Source: Welwitschia mirabilis (Eukaryota). From it: a DNA stretch of 53,344 bases. Both the position numbers and the translations under genes were made by a program. Under the pieces are notes generated by a model. That model ran no database searches. It was not told the origin of the DNA and was given only the letters and a program-made list of their open reading frames with translations. Every line of letters starts with the position of its first letter. Positions within the stretch are counted from its first letter, which is position 1. The stretch lies in the NCBI GenBank assembly GCA_051453625.1, contig JBOZIK010000001.1, positions 3,796,195 through 3,849,538 of the forward strand, given 5' to 3'. Below are positions 11,737-23,900 of the stretch, in pieces.

Positions 11737-14570
11737 TATAAGTAATCCTTTAGATGGCTTTTCTACTAGAAAACCACCCATGTTTGATGGGATAAACTAT
11801 GCCTACTAGAAGGTTCATATGAAAATATTTCTTAGATTCTTAGATGTAGACATGGAGGAGGTAACCTATAATGGATATACTATGTTTACTTTATCTAAAC
11901 CAACATCAATGAAAACATCATAGTGGTAGTAAAATCTCAAGATCAATGAACCCCCACTAACAAAGCCAAGGCTACCCTAGCTACTTATGCTCTTAATGCA
12001 ACTTTTTGTATAGTATGTATAGATGAGTTCAAAAAGATCATGATCTGTGAACATGCCAAAGAATCTTAGGATATTCTTAAAATAACACATGAAGGAACAT
12101 ATAATATTAAGTAGGCAAAACTATCGATGCTTATTTCTAAGTTTTAAGACATTTGCATGGATGCAAAGGAAATACTTCACGAGTTCTTTGCTAGACTAAT
12201 AGATATTATAAATTCTATGGTAATTATAGATGAAATAATGAAGGAAGAAAAGGTTTGCTTTTCTTGGAAACAAAGCTAAAACATATCAAAGCTGTGTTAA
12301 AATTTGTAACAAAATTGAAAACGAGAAAGAATACACCATCAATAAAATTAGAAGTGATTATGGAGGAAAATTTGAAAACCATCTATTTGAAAAGTATTGT
12401 ATAGATAATGGTATAAAACATCAATTATCAGCCATAAAAATGCCTCATAAAAATGGAATTTCTAAGAGGAAAAACTGAGTCCTCTAAGAAATGGCTAAAA
12501 TAATGTTAAATAATAAGGAGGTTCCTAAAACCTTTTGGGATGGAGCTATAAGAACTACTTACTACATTATAAATAGAGTCTACTTAAGTCTAAGAAGGGA
12601 CAAAACTTCTTCTAAGCTTTGAAAAGGAAGAAAGCCAAATATTTCATATTTTAAAGTTTTCAAGAGTAAGTGCTTTGTATTAAAAGATAGAAAAAACTTA
12701 AGTAAATTTGAGTCAAAAGTTGATAAAGTAATATTTTTAAGAGATTCAACTAGAAGTAGAGCCTATTGAGTGTTTAAAAAGAGAAGTCTAATATGAAAGA
12801 GTCTATATATGTTCAAATTAATGATTTTAGCATAATACTTCTTCCTTCAAATGGTGAAGAAAACCTAACTTCAAGCAATCTCATAATAAAAGAAGAAGAT
12901 TCTACTCAAGTAGTTACTTCCAAAAAGTTTAAAAAGCTAAAATATCACTCTTTAGGATCCATCATTAGAGATATTAGCTCAAAGAATCAAACAATAGACT
13001 CTCTTAGAAATTTCTATGCTCACATTTTTTATGTCTTTCAAATTAAACCTAAAAAGTTTGAAGAAGTAGAATCTCATAAAGAATGGATGATAACCATACA
13101 AAATGAGTTGTAACAATCAAAAGAAATGATGTGTGAAATCTTATTGAAATATCGAAGGATAGAAATTTTATTAAAATAAAATAGATTTTCAAGAACAAGT
13201 ATGATAAACAAACAATTTAATTAAGAATAAAGCAAGGTTAGTGACACAAGATTACAATCAAATTTAAGGAATAGATATAGGTGATACTTTTACTTTTGTA
13301 GCTAATATAGATAGTATTAGAATGTTTCTATTTTATGTAGCCTTTAACAACATTAAAGTTTATCAAATAGATGTGAAAAGTACTTTTTTAATTGGAACTC
13401 TTAATGAAGAGGTTTATATAGAACAACCTTAAGGTTTTATAAATCCACACAAACCAAACCATGTGTATAGACTTAAAAAGCCTTATATGATTAAAAGTAA
13501 GCTCCAAGAGCTTTGTATGAAAAACTAGCTACATTTCTAAATGAAAACGATTATATTCATAAAACTATGGATAAAACATTATTTATCAAGATTCTAAAAA
13601 ATGAATTTATTATTATTCAAATTTATGTAGATTATATAATATTTGGAGCCTCAAATGAATTTTTATCAAAAGAATTCACTAGCATTATGATAACACATTT
13701 TGAAATGAGTATGCTTGTGAAGTTAGAATGTTTTTTAGTCTTTAAATCAAACAAATAAAACATGGAATTTTTATATCTCAATCTAAATACGCAAAGCATG
13801 ATCAAACAATTTGGACTAAAGAATGCAAATTCAACTGACACATCTATGTTAACATCTTATAAGGTTAGTCTTGATGAACATAAAAAATTAGGATACTAAA
13901 GACTCTATAGAAACATAATAGGAGGTCTATTGTATCTGATTATAAGTAGACCTAATATAATATTCATTGTTGCCATGTATGATAAATATCAAAATCAATC
14001 AAAATAATTATACCTTTAAGCTATTAAAGGATAATAAAATACATAAAAGCTACAAGTGACTCTAGATTATGGTATCCTACAAAAACAACCTTTGAACTTG
14101 CAATCTTTAGTGATGCAAATTGTGTTGGGTGTAAAGATTATAGGAAAAGCACTAGTGGCAATTGCTTTCTTTTATAATCACACTTAGTAGGATGGGTAAG
14201 TAAAAATCAAAACTCTATCTTACTTTCAATAGCAAAAGCAAAGTATATAGTAGTAGGGAGTTGTTATATCCATCTTTTATGAATGAAGAAAATGCTCAAA
14301 GACTATAGAGTAGATTTTAAATAAGTACCAATCTTTTGTACTAACACAAATGTAATTAATATTTCAAAGAATCCTATTCAACATTCTAGAACTAAAAACA
14401 TTAAATTAAAACATCATTCCCTTAGATCTCAAGTGGAAAAATGTAACATTTCAATTAATTTTGTTAGCATTGATTGACAACTTGCTAATATTTTCACAAA
14501 ATCCCTAAACTTTGACAACTTTTTGAGACTTCATAATAAACTGGAAGTTATCTTTCTATCCTCTGAATAA
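11737..14570 (+). pseudogene. pol: Decayed Copia gag-pol of B (gag N-terminus fused by deletion to integrase core; RT; RNase H)
   Basis: KPPMFDGINYAY*KVHM (gag N-terminus), KIRSDYGGKFEN (INT), YQIDVKSTF and QIYVDYIIFG (RT), FSDANCVGCKDYRKSTSG and KNPIQHSRTK (RH). Confidence 0.93.
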
Positions 14571-14900
14571 ATGCAAGATGATCAATTAGATCTTACATTT
14601 GGCCAATTGGATCTAGTTGGTCAATTAGTTTAAAGATCTAGTCAAGCAGACCTGAAAATATTATGACCTAAGTCTTGACAGATTGACTAGATCATAACCC
14701 AGTCAATTAGATCTATAGGATTATAGTATGAAAGTTGAAGTAATGGATCCAAAATTTTTCTTAAATCTAACTTAATCAGCCTCTTTTATAAAATCTTATA
14801 GATCCCTAACCTTTTTCATTCATACCTGTCCACCTATCTCCTTTAGATCTAGCTATCTCTCTCAAGTTTTCTTATCTTCAAGAAGTGCCACGTGCTTTCA

Positions 14901-16806
14901 ATGGTAGAGGGTCCCTCTAGAAGATTTCAGAAAAATCCAATAAGCAAATATATAAGGTATTTTTACTCTGGAATATCTGATAAAGCCTTAGAAAAGGTCT
15001 TAGAGAATTTTGAGAAGAAGCTTATCTACTAGGAAAGGCTTGTTACTTTTGGAGAGCTAAGGGAACTCAAAAATATGATAAGGCTCTTGAATGAGCTCGA
15101 TTTATCTTATTTTCTTGATGTCCCAGGGTTAGCCTACCCTTTCCTCACTAGAATGTTTTATTGTAATGCCTCTTTTGATGTTGATTCTTCTAACCTAATA
15201 ACCCTTCTTTTGGGAAGGAGGATCAGGGTTACTGTGGATCCCATTATCTCCCTGAAAAATCTTCTTAGAGGAGATTATAAGGAGTTTTAACCTCTGTATG
15301 ATTCCATGAAGGATCAGGTAGAGGTTNNNNNNNNNNNNNNNNNNNNNNNNNNNNNNNNNNNNNNNNNNNNNNNNNNNNNNNNNNNNNNNNNNNNNNNNNN
15401 NNNNNNNNNNNNNNNNNNNNNNNNNNNNNNNNNNNNNNNNNNNNNNNNNNNNNNNNNNNNNNNNNNNNNNNNNNNNNNNNNNNNNNNNNNNNNNNNNNNN
15501 NNNNNNNNNNNNNNNNNNNNNNNNNNNNNNNNNNNNNNNNNNNNNNNNNNNNNNNNNNNNNNNNNNNNNNNNNNNNNNNNNNNNNNNNNNNNNNNNNNNN
15601 NNNNNNNNNNNNNNNNNNNNNNNNNNNNNNNNNNNNNNNNNNNNNNNNNNNNNNNNNNNNNNNNNNNNNNNNNNNNNNNNNNNNNNNNNNNNNNNNNNNN
15701 NNNNNNNNNNNNNNNNNNNNNNNNNNNNNNNNNNNNNNNNNNNNNNNNNNNNNNNNNNNNNNNNNNNNNNNNNNNNNNNNNNNNNNNNNNNNNNNNNNNN
15801 NNNNNNNNNNNNNNNNNNNNNNNNNNNNNNNNNNNNNNNNNNNNNNNNNNNNNNNNNNNNNNNNNNNNNNNNNNNNNNNNNNNNNNNNNNNNNNNNNNNN
15901 NNNNNNNNNNNNNNNNNNNNNNNNNNNNNNNNNNNNNNNNNNNNNNNNNNNNNNNNNNNCTTTCTTAATATCTCAGGGTTAGCATACCCTTTCCTCTCTG
16001 ACATGTTTTATTATAATGCCTCTTTTGATGCTAACTCTTTTACCCTAATAACCCTTGTTTTAGGGAAAGAGATTAGGGTTACTATCGATCTTATTTATTC
16101 CTTTATAGATCTTTCTAGAGGATATTATGAGGAGTCTTGATCCCTATGTAATTCCATAGAGTATAAAGTAGAGGTCACTGGAGAGCTCTATGATAAGTTT
16201 CATTGGTGAAAAACCACCCTCTCCACCTCCTACCTTATCCCAAAGTATTGATTTTTGCTTTTGGATTTTACTTATAATTTCTTACCTTTGGTGGATTATC
16301 GTGATAAAACCTTCAACTATAAAGCTTATTTGTTATACTTGGTAGGAACTAGACATTTTATAGATGCTATTATCATTAAATTGAAAAATATGATCTCTCA
16401 GTTAGAGTATCACAAGACTAGGGCTCTTCCTTATTCTATTTTAATTGCTAATATTTATTGTTGTTTTAGACTCTAGTTGTATCTAAAGTTAGAATCAGTA
16501 ACCCCTATGTTAGCCATTAGGCATGTAACTTTATCCCACATGCACATTTTTATCAGATCTAAGAAATCTTTCAAGTATTCTTCTCTTAAGTAAGCCTATC
16601 CTAAAGAGACTCTTTTGTACTTAAAGAGGTTGGATTGTTACACAAGATACATGAAAGAGGTTCTAATTATAGTAGGGTGTGAGGTAGCTGATACTTCTAA
16701 GAAAGCTGGTAGCTTTGCTCAAAAGGAAGCTGAAGAAGAAAACGAAGAAGAAAACTCAAATTCTAAAGAAGAATTTGAGGAGGAAGAAGAAGAAGAATCT
16801 GATTAA
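14901..16806 (+). pseudogene. Env-like extra ORF of SIRE element B (disrupted; spans an N gap)
   Basis: ATG 14901 is in frame with ORF 15075 (MVEGPSRRF...LAYPFLTRMFYCN); later RALPYSILIANI and an acidic tail EEEEEESD. Located between pol and the PPT. Confidence 0.7.
15327..15959. other. Assembly gap (N run)
   Basis: Run of N. Confidence 1.
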
Positions 16807-16861
16807 TTTATTATTTTCTTGTTGTGCTTATTTATCTTCAGGTTTCTCTCCTTTTTCATTG

Positions 16862-17343
16862 ATGTCAAAATGGAGAAAAATAGTTTGTTGTATTTTCAGC
16901 TTTTATCATTTGGTATTAGACATCATCAGTTATATTTAGTAGTATTTATAAGCTTCTCTTAGTTGTAATTTCTCTTATAAGTACCTTTTCTATTATACTA
17001 CTTAAAGCTAAGTAATAGACATGCATTTGGTATTAGTTTGTCTTATCTATTTCAATGCATATTTCTTTTACTATGAATCATGAGTTTGTTACATCTATTA
17101 ATGAATATTAAATATCTTATGAACCATGATTTTATCACACTTATTAATGAATATAACATGTCTCATAAACTATACTACAAATTATTATATTTATTACTCT
17201 TGTTGGAAACCCTTTATAAGTGTTTAATTTGATTTACATGCTTAATAATCTTTTGCCAATCTAATGGGCATTATCTAAGGAGGAGTTTTGCAATTAATAT
17301 TTTCAACTAAGTATAGTTTGCCATTAATGTTAAAGGAGGAGAT
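16862..17343 (+). promoter_or_regulatory. Multiple polypurine tracts of B
   Basis: ATGTCAAAATGGAGAAA (about 16862), TAAGGAGGAG (about 17276) and terminal AAAGGAGGAGAT (17332-17343); decayed copies of the Sirevirus AAAGGGGGAGA signature. Confidence 0.75.
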
Positions 17344-18540
17344 TATTAAGATATAATTTGCCAAATTTATGTCAAACTAACATTTTATATTTTAGCAAAA
17401 CATGTCAACTAGATTTATCACAAACCTTACCTAAATTTAACAAGTTTTATATCCTTAAAGGGGTCAACTAGATTCTTAAAGGATTGACCAAACCCATATC
17501 AAAGTTTTAAAAATAGATTATATAGGGGTCAACCAGATTCTTAAGGAGTCAACTAGACTTGAGCAACAAATTTATCATAGCTAAATATCAAGGGGTCTAC
17601 TAGATTACATAGGGGTCAACTGACCTAGAGTGAAATGTTTCTATCCTTTATCATCAAGCGGTTAATCAGACTTTTGAGGAGTCAACCAGACTTGAGACAT
17701 AAATGTTGTTTTGAATTTTTCTGGATATGAGGTTAACCAGACTAAAATACGATCGATTAGATATGTGGTTGACTGGATCCCTAGGGGGGTAATTAGACAT
17801 GAAGCCATTAAAATCTTGAATTGATCAGAAGAAGATGAGGATAATCAACTTCAGTTACAGCACTTGATGGAGTCAACCAAAGCTGGCTGTGATAGAAACA
17901 AGATTTTTTTCATCATTTGACCTCCTATTTTTAACCATTAGAGAATCTATTTTACTTGTAAAATATTAAAATGTTTCTCTTGTATATTCATCAGCCATTA
18001 AAATCACTATAGAAATGTTTTGTCATATCTTTTATTTGATCAAATATGAATAAACTTCTTTCATTATCATTTGTACTTGGTCAATCAATTAGCATTATAC
18101 ATATGTGGATCGTATTATCATTTTAAATAGTATAGCAATATCATTATTGAGCTTTAGATCTAGGATAACCTATGCATTATAGCATGTCATTATCATCAAA
18201 TAGCATTTTTTCTAAACGTTGATTCTAAACCTTTGAAAATTTTTATTGTAAAAAGTTACAAGTAAATCTGGAATACCTGGAAAGTGATTAACAAATATCT
18301 AGATTAGGTTTGGGTAGAAGTTAATTACCAATAGTAAAGTAGGGGGTTTCTCAAATTACTATAAATCATGTGTTAATATCCATTGGTATTTTGTGATTTC
18401 AGTTATTTACTTCCAAATTATTTTGGTTTTTCTCTTACACAAATATCTTAGTATTCAATTCTTGTCAAGATAGCTTATCAATTCATTTATTTATTTTTTT
18501 AAATCCTATTCATGCCCCTTCTAGGGTTTTAGATCCTTTA
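17344..18540 (+). repeat. 3' LTR of B
   Basis: Follows the PPT; direct repeat of 10426-11671; followed by TSD AAAAC. Confidence 0.9.
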
Positions 18541-18545
18541 AAAAC

Positions 18546-18825
18546 TCCTTGATCTATAATACATAGTACATCCTTGTACATCTAAAATCCACTAGAGCTA
18601 TAAATTCATAAGTCTTTAGTCCACCTCTAGCTTTATATAGCTCATAAAATCACAAAAGTATATCTCAACACAAATGGTCATAGTATGAATAGTGAGGGAT
18701 CTAGCGTGATGAGGTAGAGGGTGTACTAGCTTTATCCACTCTTCCTCTAGTGGTGCCAATGGATTTGGCTCCTACTTAACAACCTCAATCTCTAATTCAG
18801 CTTGTCTAGCTCTACGTGTGCATGA
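18546..18825 (-). pseudogene. Athila extra (env-like) ORF, 5' half
   Basis: Minus-strand RRARQAELEIEVVK*EPNPLAPLEEEW...; removing B restores MYYVL*IKEFYDTIH across the junction. Confidence 0.55.
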
Positions 18826-19526
18826 CCTACTCAATTATAAATATGAAAAATATCATGCAAAGTCAAATGGAAATCTCTAATATGTATTACATGGAATCTC
18901 AAAATAACCCCATAAATTGGTTTTTAACATGTAAATATTATAAAATATGTTTTACCTATCCTATATTACCTAGTTTTGTAAAGAAAAAATGTGAAACATG
19001 TAAAAGTAAAAAAGTATAATTTATATGGGCCATATATAAGGAAAAAAATGAAAGTGCTCAAATAAAAAAATGTAATCCACTAAAATCATAGAGTACATTG
19101 TACTAATCAATTTTCCCTAAAGGACTACTATGTTCTAACTTATGGTATACTAGAAAATGTGTTTTAAAGTTAAAAACCTAAATCTACCTCATAAAGTATA
19201 CAATTCATCGTAACTTGCAAAATACATGGTGAAAATTAGATTCGTGAGTTCTAAATTAAAGAGCATGAAAGATTGGATAATATAGATAAAACTACATGCT
19301 GAAAGGCTCAAAAAGGAAGAAAAAAATAAACATAATAATGCAAAAAGACATATTTCATTTTGTAAAATATATTGAAATCTAGAAATCTAGGGCACCAATC
19401 TGGTTGGACAAGTTCCAGAATGTTGGTAGGAACCAGGGGTATTATTATCTCTTAAGAGAATGGATAAAAATAATAGAGAATAAAAGAAAAATAAAGGTAA
19501 AGAAGTTAGGCTATGGTTTTATCACT

Positions 19527-19615
19527 TTATCATCTAGTCATAACATCTAGATGATAGCCCTAGGATGATTATCATCTAGTCATATCATCTAGATGATAGC
19601 CCTAGAATGATTATC
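19527..19615. repeat. Tandem duplication, 2 x 42 bp, in the A2 spacer
   Basis: TTATCATCTAGTCATA(A/T)CATCTAGATGATAGCCCTAG(G/A)ATGA occurs twice and contains the palindrome CATCTAGATG. Confidence 0.9.
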
Positions 19616-20989
19616 AGAAAAAATCTTAGTGTTATCTGCCAGTGTCGTTTGGATGACCAAGTGGATGACGAGACTTTGAAAATTTTTAAAAAAGCTAAGA
19701 TGTCAGTCAAATAAGTTAGGCCCAGATATTAGTGTAAAGGTATTAGAATATATCAAAAAGCTCAAAAAATTAGAAATAGTAAAGAGTCATAACAAATGAG
19801 GATGATGAAAAAAGAACAAAGGAATCAAAAGATAAGGCAATAAGAATGCATAAGTAGGATGAAAGCTATCAAATAAAACTAAATAGATGTGCTGAACTGA
19901 AAAATTATACAAAAAATATGTAGAAATTCAAAAGAATCAAAGAAAACTTATAAAAATCATAAAGAATAAGAGAAAAAAGATTAAAATAAAATCAACTTAT
20001 TATTAATAAAAATGACATGAATAACAAGAACGAAACTACTAATGATAAGGTTTTAAATGATGATGTAAAAGTATATAAACAACTTTGAAACAATAAATTA
20101 AAGAACCAAAGAAAAGTAGAATGAAAATAAACATAAAAAACATGAAGAAGATAGCTTACCTACCCTAAATTCTAACCTAACAAATCCCCTTAAAGGAAAT
20201 TATAAAGCCACCGTAGTAAACATGCATGATCAAATGTATTAAGTCTATAAAGTTTCACTTGAAAAGGTAATGATTATGATGACATTAAAGATTAAGTGCT
20301 TAAAATAATGAATGATAAGATTGAGAGCTACTCAGAAATGAACTTACCTATTAATGCCCTAAAACACACCTAAATCCTCAAAAGTGAAATGATCACATGA
20401 GAATACTAAAAGTTTAGGAAACAAGAAATGCCTTTAATAATGCTAAAAACACCATTGATCCCATAGCATTAAAGTTTTATTACAACTTTTCATGATGAGG
20501 GGAGTATAGCCATAGTTAGAGAAGTAAGGACCTATGAAGCAAGGCCAACTAACCTCTTCCCCCCCACAACCCATGTTAAGTTGTTGTAGTTACCAATACT
20601 CTCAAAGGTTCCTTTTAGAAAATTTCACCATGGTGTAGTAGGATGTCATGGTAACCATGTATTTTAGCATAGATACAATAGATCATGATCATTATTATTT
20701 TTTTTCTCATAAGTAATTCCCACATGATCATATAAACACATCTAAACAACCAAATACCTCATACCATTACAGGAAAAAAAGCATAGAAATCAAGGCATAT
20801 TACTTCAAAGTGAATTTTATACATATGTGAATGTCCTAAGATTGGATGAATCCAATCTTATCACTGTGAAAATGCCCAAGTATAAATATTAGTTATGAAA
20901 ACTTTATAAAACAAACACATAAGTCAATTTTTAAAGATGATCAAGTGACATCATAACATCCACTAAAGGAATAAGCTAAGAGAAAATTC

Positions 20990-23900
20990 AAACAATGATA
21001 TAATGGAAGTTTCCCCTATTGAGGAGAACCTCTAAAACAATTGTTTTTATCATGTTTAAAGTTGCATCAAAAGGTTTTTCATATATTTTTAACCTTTTTC
21101 CATTAACTTTCCAAATCTCCTTAGTATCTAAGTCAAAAATCTTAATAGAGCCATTAAATGTACTTTAAAATAAGGATCTAATCATTTAGAAGTTAACTTA
21201 TTATGTAAAAGATGTCCTCTAGTGTTATATAAAAAAACAGTTAACCATGTTCAAACTTTTTATGAAGTAATTTCTATCTTGTTTGAACTTAACTTGGGCT
21301 TTGTGAATTAGTTGATAATGTATAACATGAGTATATTTTTTATCTAAGTAATTAAGTTGGTTTAATATATTTTTAATATTTTCATAAAGGTCTACAAGAT
21401 TAATTTAATAGAAATAATGATGAGAGTTATAACATACATCAATAAGTAAAACACAAACTTTTCGTATACAAGTTCATAAGATGAAAAATCAAGAGAATTA
21501 TACCAAGTAGTATGGTAAGCCCAAAGAACACTATTAAGCTTAAAATTCTAAGATTTCTTATTAATAAAGATAAGTTTTTATAGCATTTTCTTTATTTTTC
21601 TATTTGCATTTTTTGCTTAACCATTAATTTATGGTTGATAAGCACAAGCTACTCTATGTTTAATTCTAATGGATAAAAGAAGTTTTCTAAAAATTTGGTT
21701 AATGAAATGAGTTTCTTGATCACTAATCATAATCCTAGGAAAATCAAAACATTAAAAATATAAGTTCTAAGAAAACTACAAACAATTTGGACATAATTCA
21801 TAGAAGTAGAAATAGCTTTAACCCATTTAGTAATATAATCAATAGCCACTCAAATATAGTTCTTATCATTAGAAGGTGGTTTAATAAGGCCTATAAAATC
21901 AATTCCCCAATAATTAAAAGTTTACATTCAAGAATAGTTTTAAGGATCATTTCATAAGAATGAATAAGACTACCATAACATTGACAAGAATCACACCTTC
22001 TAATAAAATTAAAAGAGGCCTAAAAAAGTCTAGGCTAATAAAAACCAAAGTGAAGAAGTTTTATTGCTATTTTGTATCCACTAAAATGACATCCACAAAC
22101 ACCATCATGATAAATATAAATAATGTCTAATCTTTCCCATTTAGGCATACATTTTATCATGATTTTATCTTTGCACTTATNNNNNNNNNNNNNNNNNNNN
22201 NNNNNNNNNNNNNNNNNNNNNNNNNNNNNNNNNNNNNNNNNNNNNNNNNNNNNNNNNNNNNNNNNNNNNNNNNNNNNNNNNNNNNNNNNNNNNNNNNNNN
22301 NNNNNNNNNNNNNNNNNNNNNNNNNNNNNNNNNNNNNNNNNNNNNNNNNNNNNNNNNNNNNNNNNNNNNNNNNNNNNNNNNNNNNNNNNNNNNNNNNNNN
22401 NNNNNNNNNNNNNNNNNNNNNNNNNNNNNNNNNNNNNNNNNNNNNNNNNNNNNNNNNNNNNNNNNNNNNNNNNNNNNNNNNNNNNNNNNNNNNNNNNNNN
22501 NNNNNNNNNNNNNNNNNNNNNNNNNNNNNNNNNNNNNNNNNNNNNNNNNNNNNNNNNNNNNNNNNNNNNNNNNNNNNNNNNNNNNNNNNNNNNNNNNNNN
22601 NNNNNNNNNNNNNNNNNNNNNNNNNNNNNNNNNNNNNNNNNNNNNNNNNNNNNNNNNNNNNNNNNNNNNNNNNNNNNNNNNNNNNNNNNNNNNNNNNNNN
22701 NNNNNNNNNNNNNNNNNNNNNNNNNNNNNNNNNNNNNNNNNNNNNNNNNNNNNNNNNNNNNNNNNNNNNNNNNNNNNNNNNNNNNNNNNNNNNNNNNNNN
22801 NNNNNNNNNNNNNNNNNNNNNNNNNNNNNNNNNNNNNNNNNNNNNNNNNNNNNNNNNNNNNNNNNNNNNNNNNNNNNNNNNNNNNNNNNNNNNNNNNNNN
22901 NNNNNNNNNNNNNNNNNNNNNNAATATATGTCAAAATTTTGTTCATAAATAAAAAAAAAAAAAAAAATCATCAAGCATAAGATCATCAAGTGAAGAAGAA
23001 AGATGTGAAAAATGATCTACTATACTATTATGCTTTCTTGCTTTATCAATGATGGATAGATTAAATTCTTACATTAGGACAATCCATATAATGAGTTAGC
23101 ACTAGAATATTTCTTGGTCATGAGGTATCTAATTGCTGCACAGTCAGTATAAATATTTGTATAAAAGTCTAAACGATAATGTTTAAGCATATTAAGGTAA
23201 AATATTAGTGCTAACATTTCTTTCTCAATAGTAGTAGAATTAAATTAAGCTTTAGACAAAGTTTTACTATGATAAGATATAACTTTAAAATTATTTTCAT
23301 ATTTTATCTAAGAATCCCACCCACAACAATATTATAAGCATCATACATTAACTCAAAATGTTTATTCCAATAAGGTCCTATTACAATAGGTGCAAAAGAG
23401 ATTTTATCTTTAAGTGTATCAAAAGTAATCTAACAAGATTGATTTCAATTAAATTTATCTTCTTTTCCAAGTAATGAGTAAAGGCATTTACAAATTTTAG
23501 CATAATCCTAAATAAAGTAATGATAAAAACCACAATGACTAAGGAAAGATTGAACTTGTTTTACATTTGTTAGAGGAGTTAGGTTTTTAATGATGCTTAC
23601 TTTTTCAGGGTTCAGCCTAATTTATTTACCAGAAATTGATAACCTAATACAATTCTATTATCAACTAAAAAGAAGCTCTTTTCCAAACAAAGATGTAGGC
23701 CACTATTAATGCATCTATTAATGATTTTGCTAACCTTTCTAAGATTCATTCAAAGTTTTTACCATATATTGTAAAGTCATCCATAAAAATTTCAATTGAA
23801 TCCTCTAACATATCAAAAAAGATACCCATCATTACACATTGAAAGTACCCAGAGCATTGTGAAGTTCAAAAGGCAGGCATCTAAAGGTAAAAGTTTTAAA

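Larger units (their letters stand above)
10426..18540 (+). mobile_element. SIRE (Sirevirus)-like Ty1/Copia element B, internally deleted, with env-like ORF
   Basis: LTRs 10426-11671 and 17344-18540, perfect TSD AAAAC (10421-10425, 18541-18545), iMet PBS, INT-RT-RH order, multiple PPTs, and CTATTCACCC near the LTR 3' end. Confidence 0.93.

Noticed and set aside
15195..16004. Long ORFs of 220-303 aa here and at 22035-22989 and 48199-48978
   Set aside because: They are open only because they run through N gaps.
16615..16939. Acidic or basic ORFs resembling a nuclear protein
   Set aside because: A GAA-rich tail of the SIRE extra ORF read in two frames.
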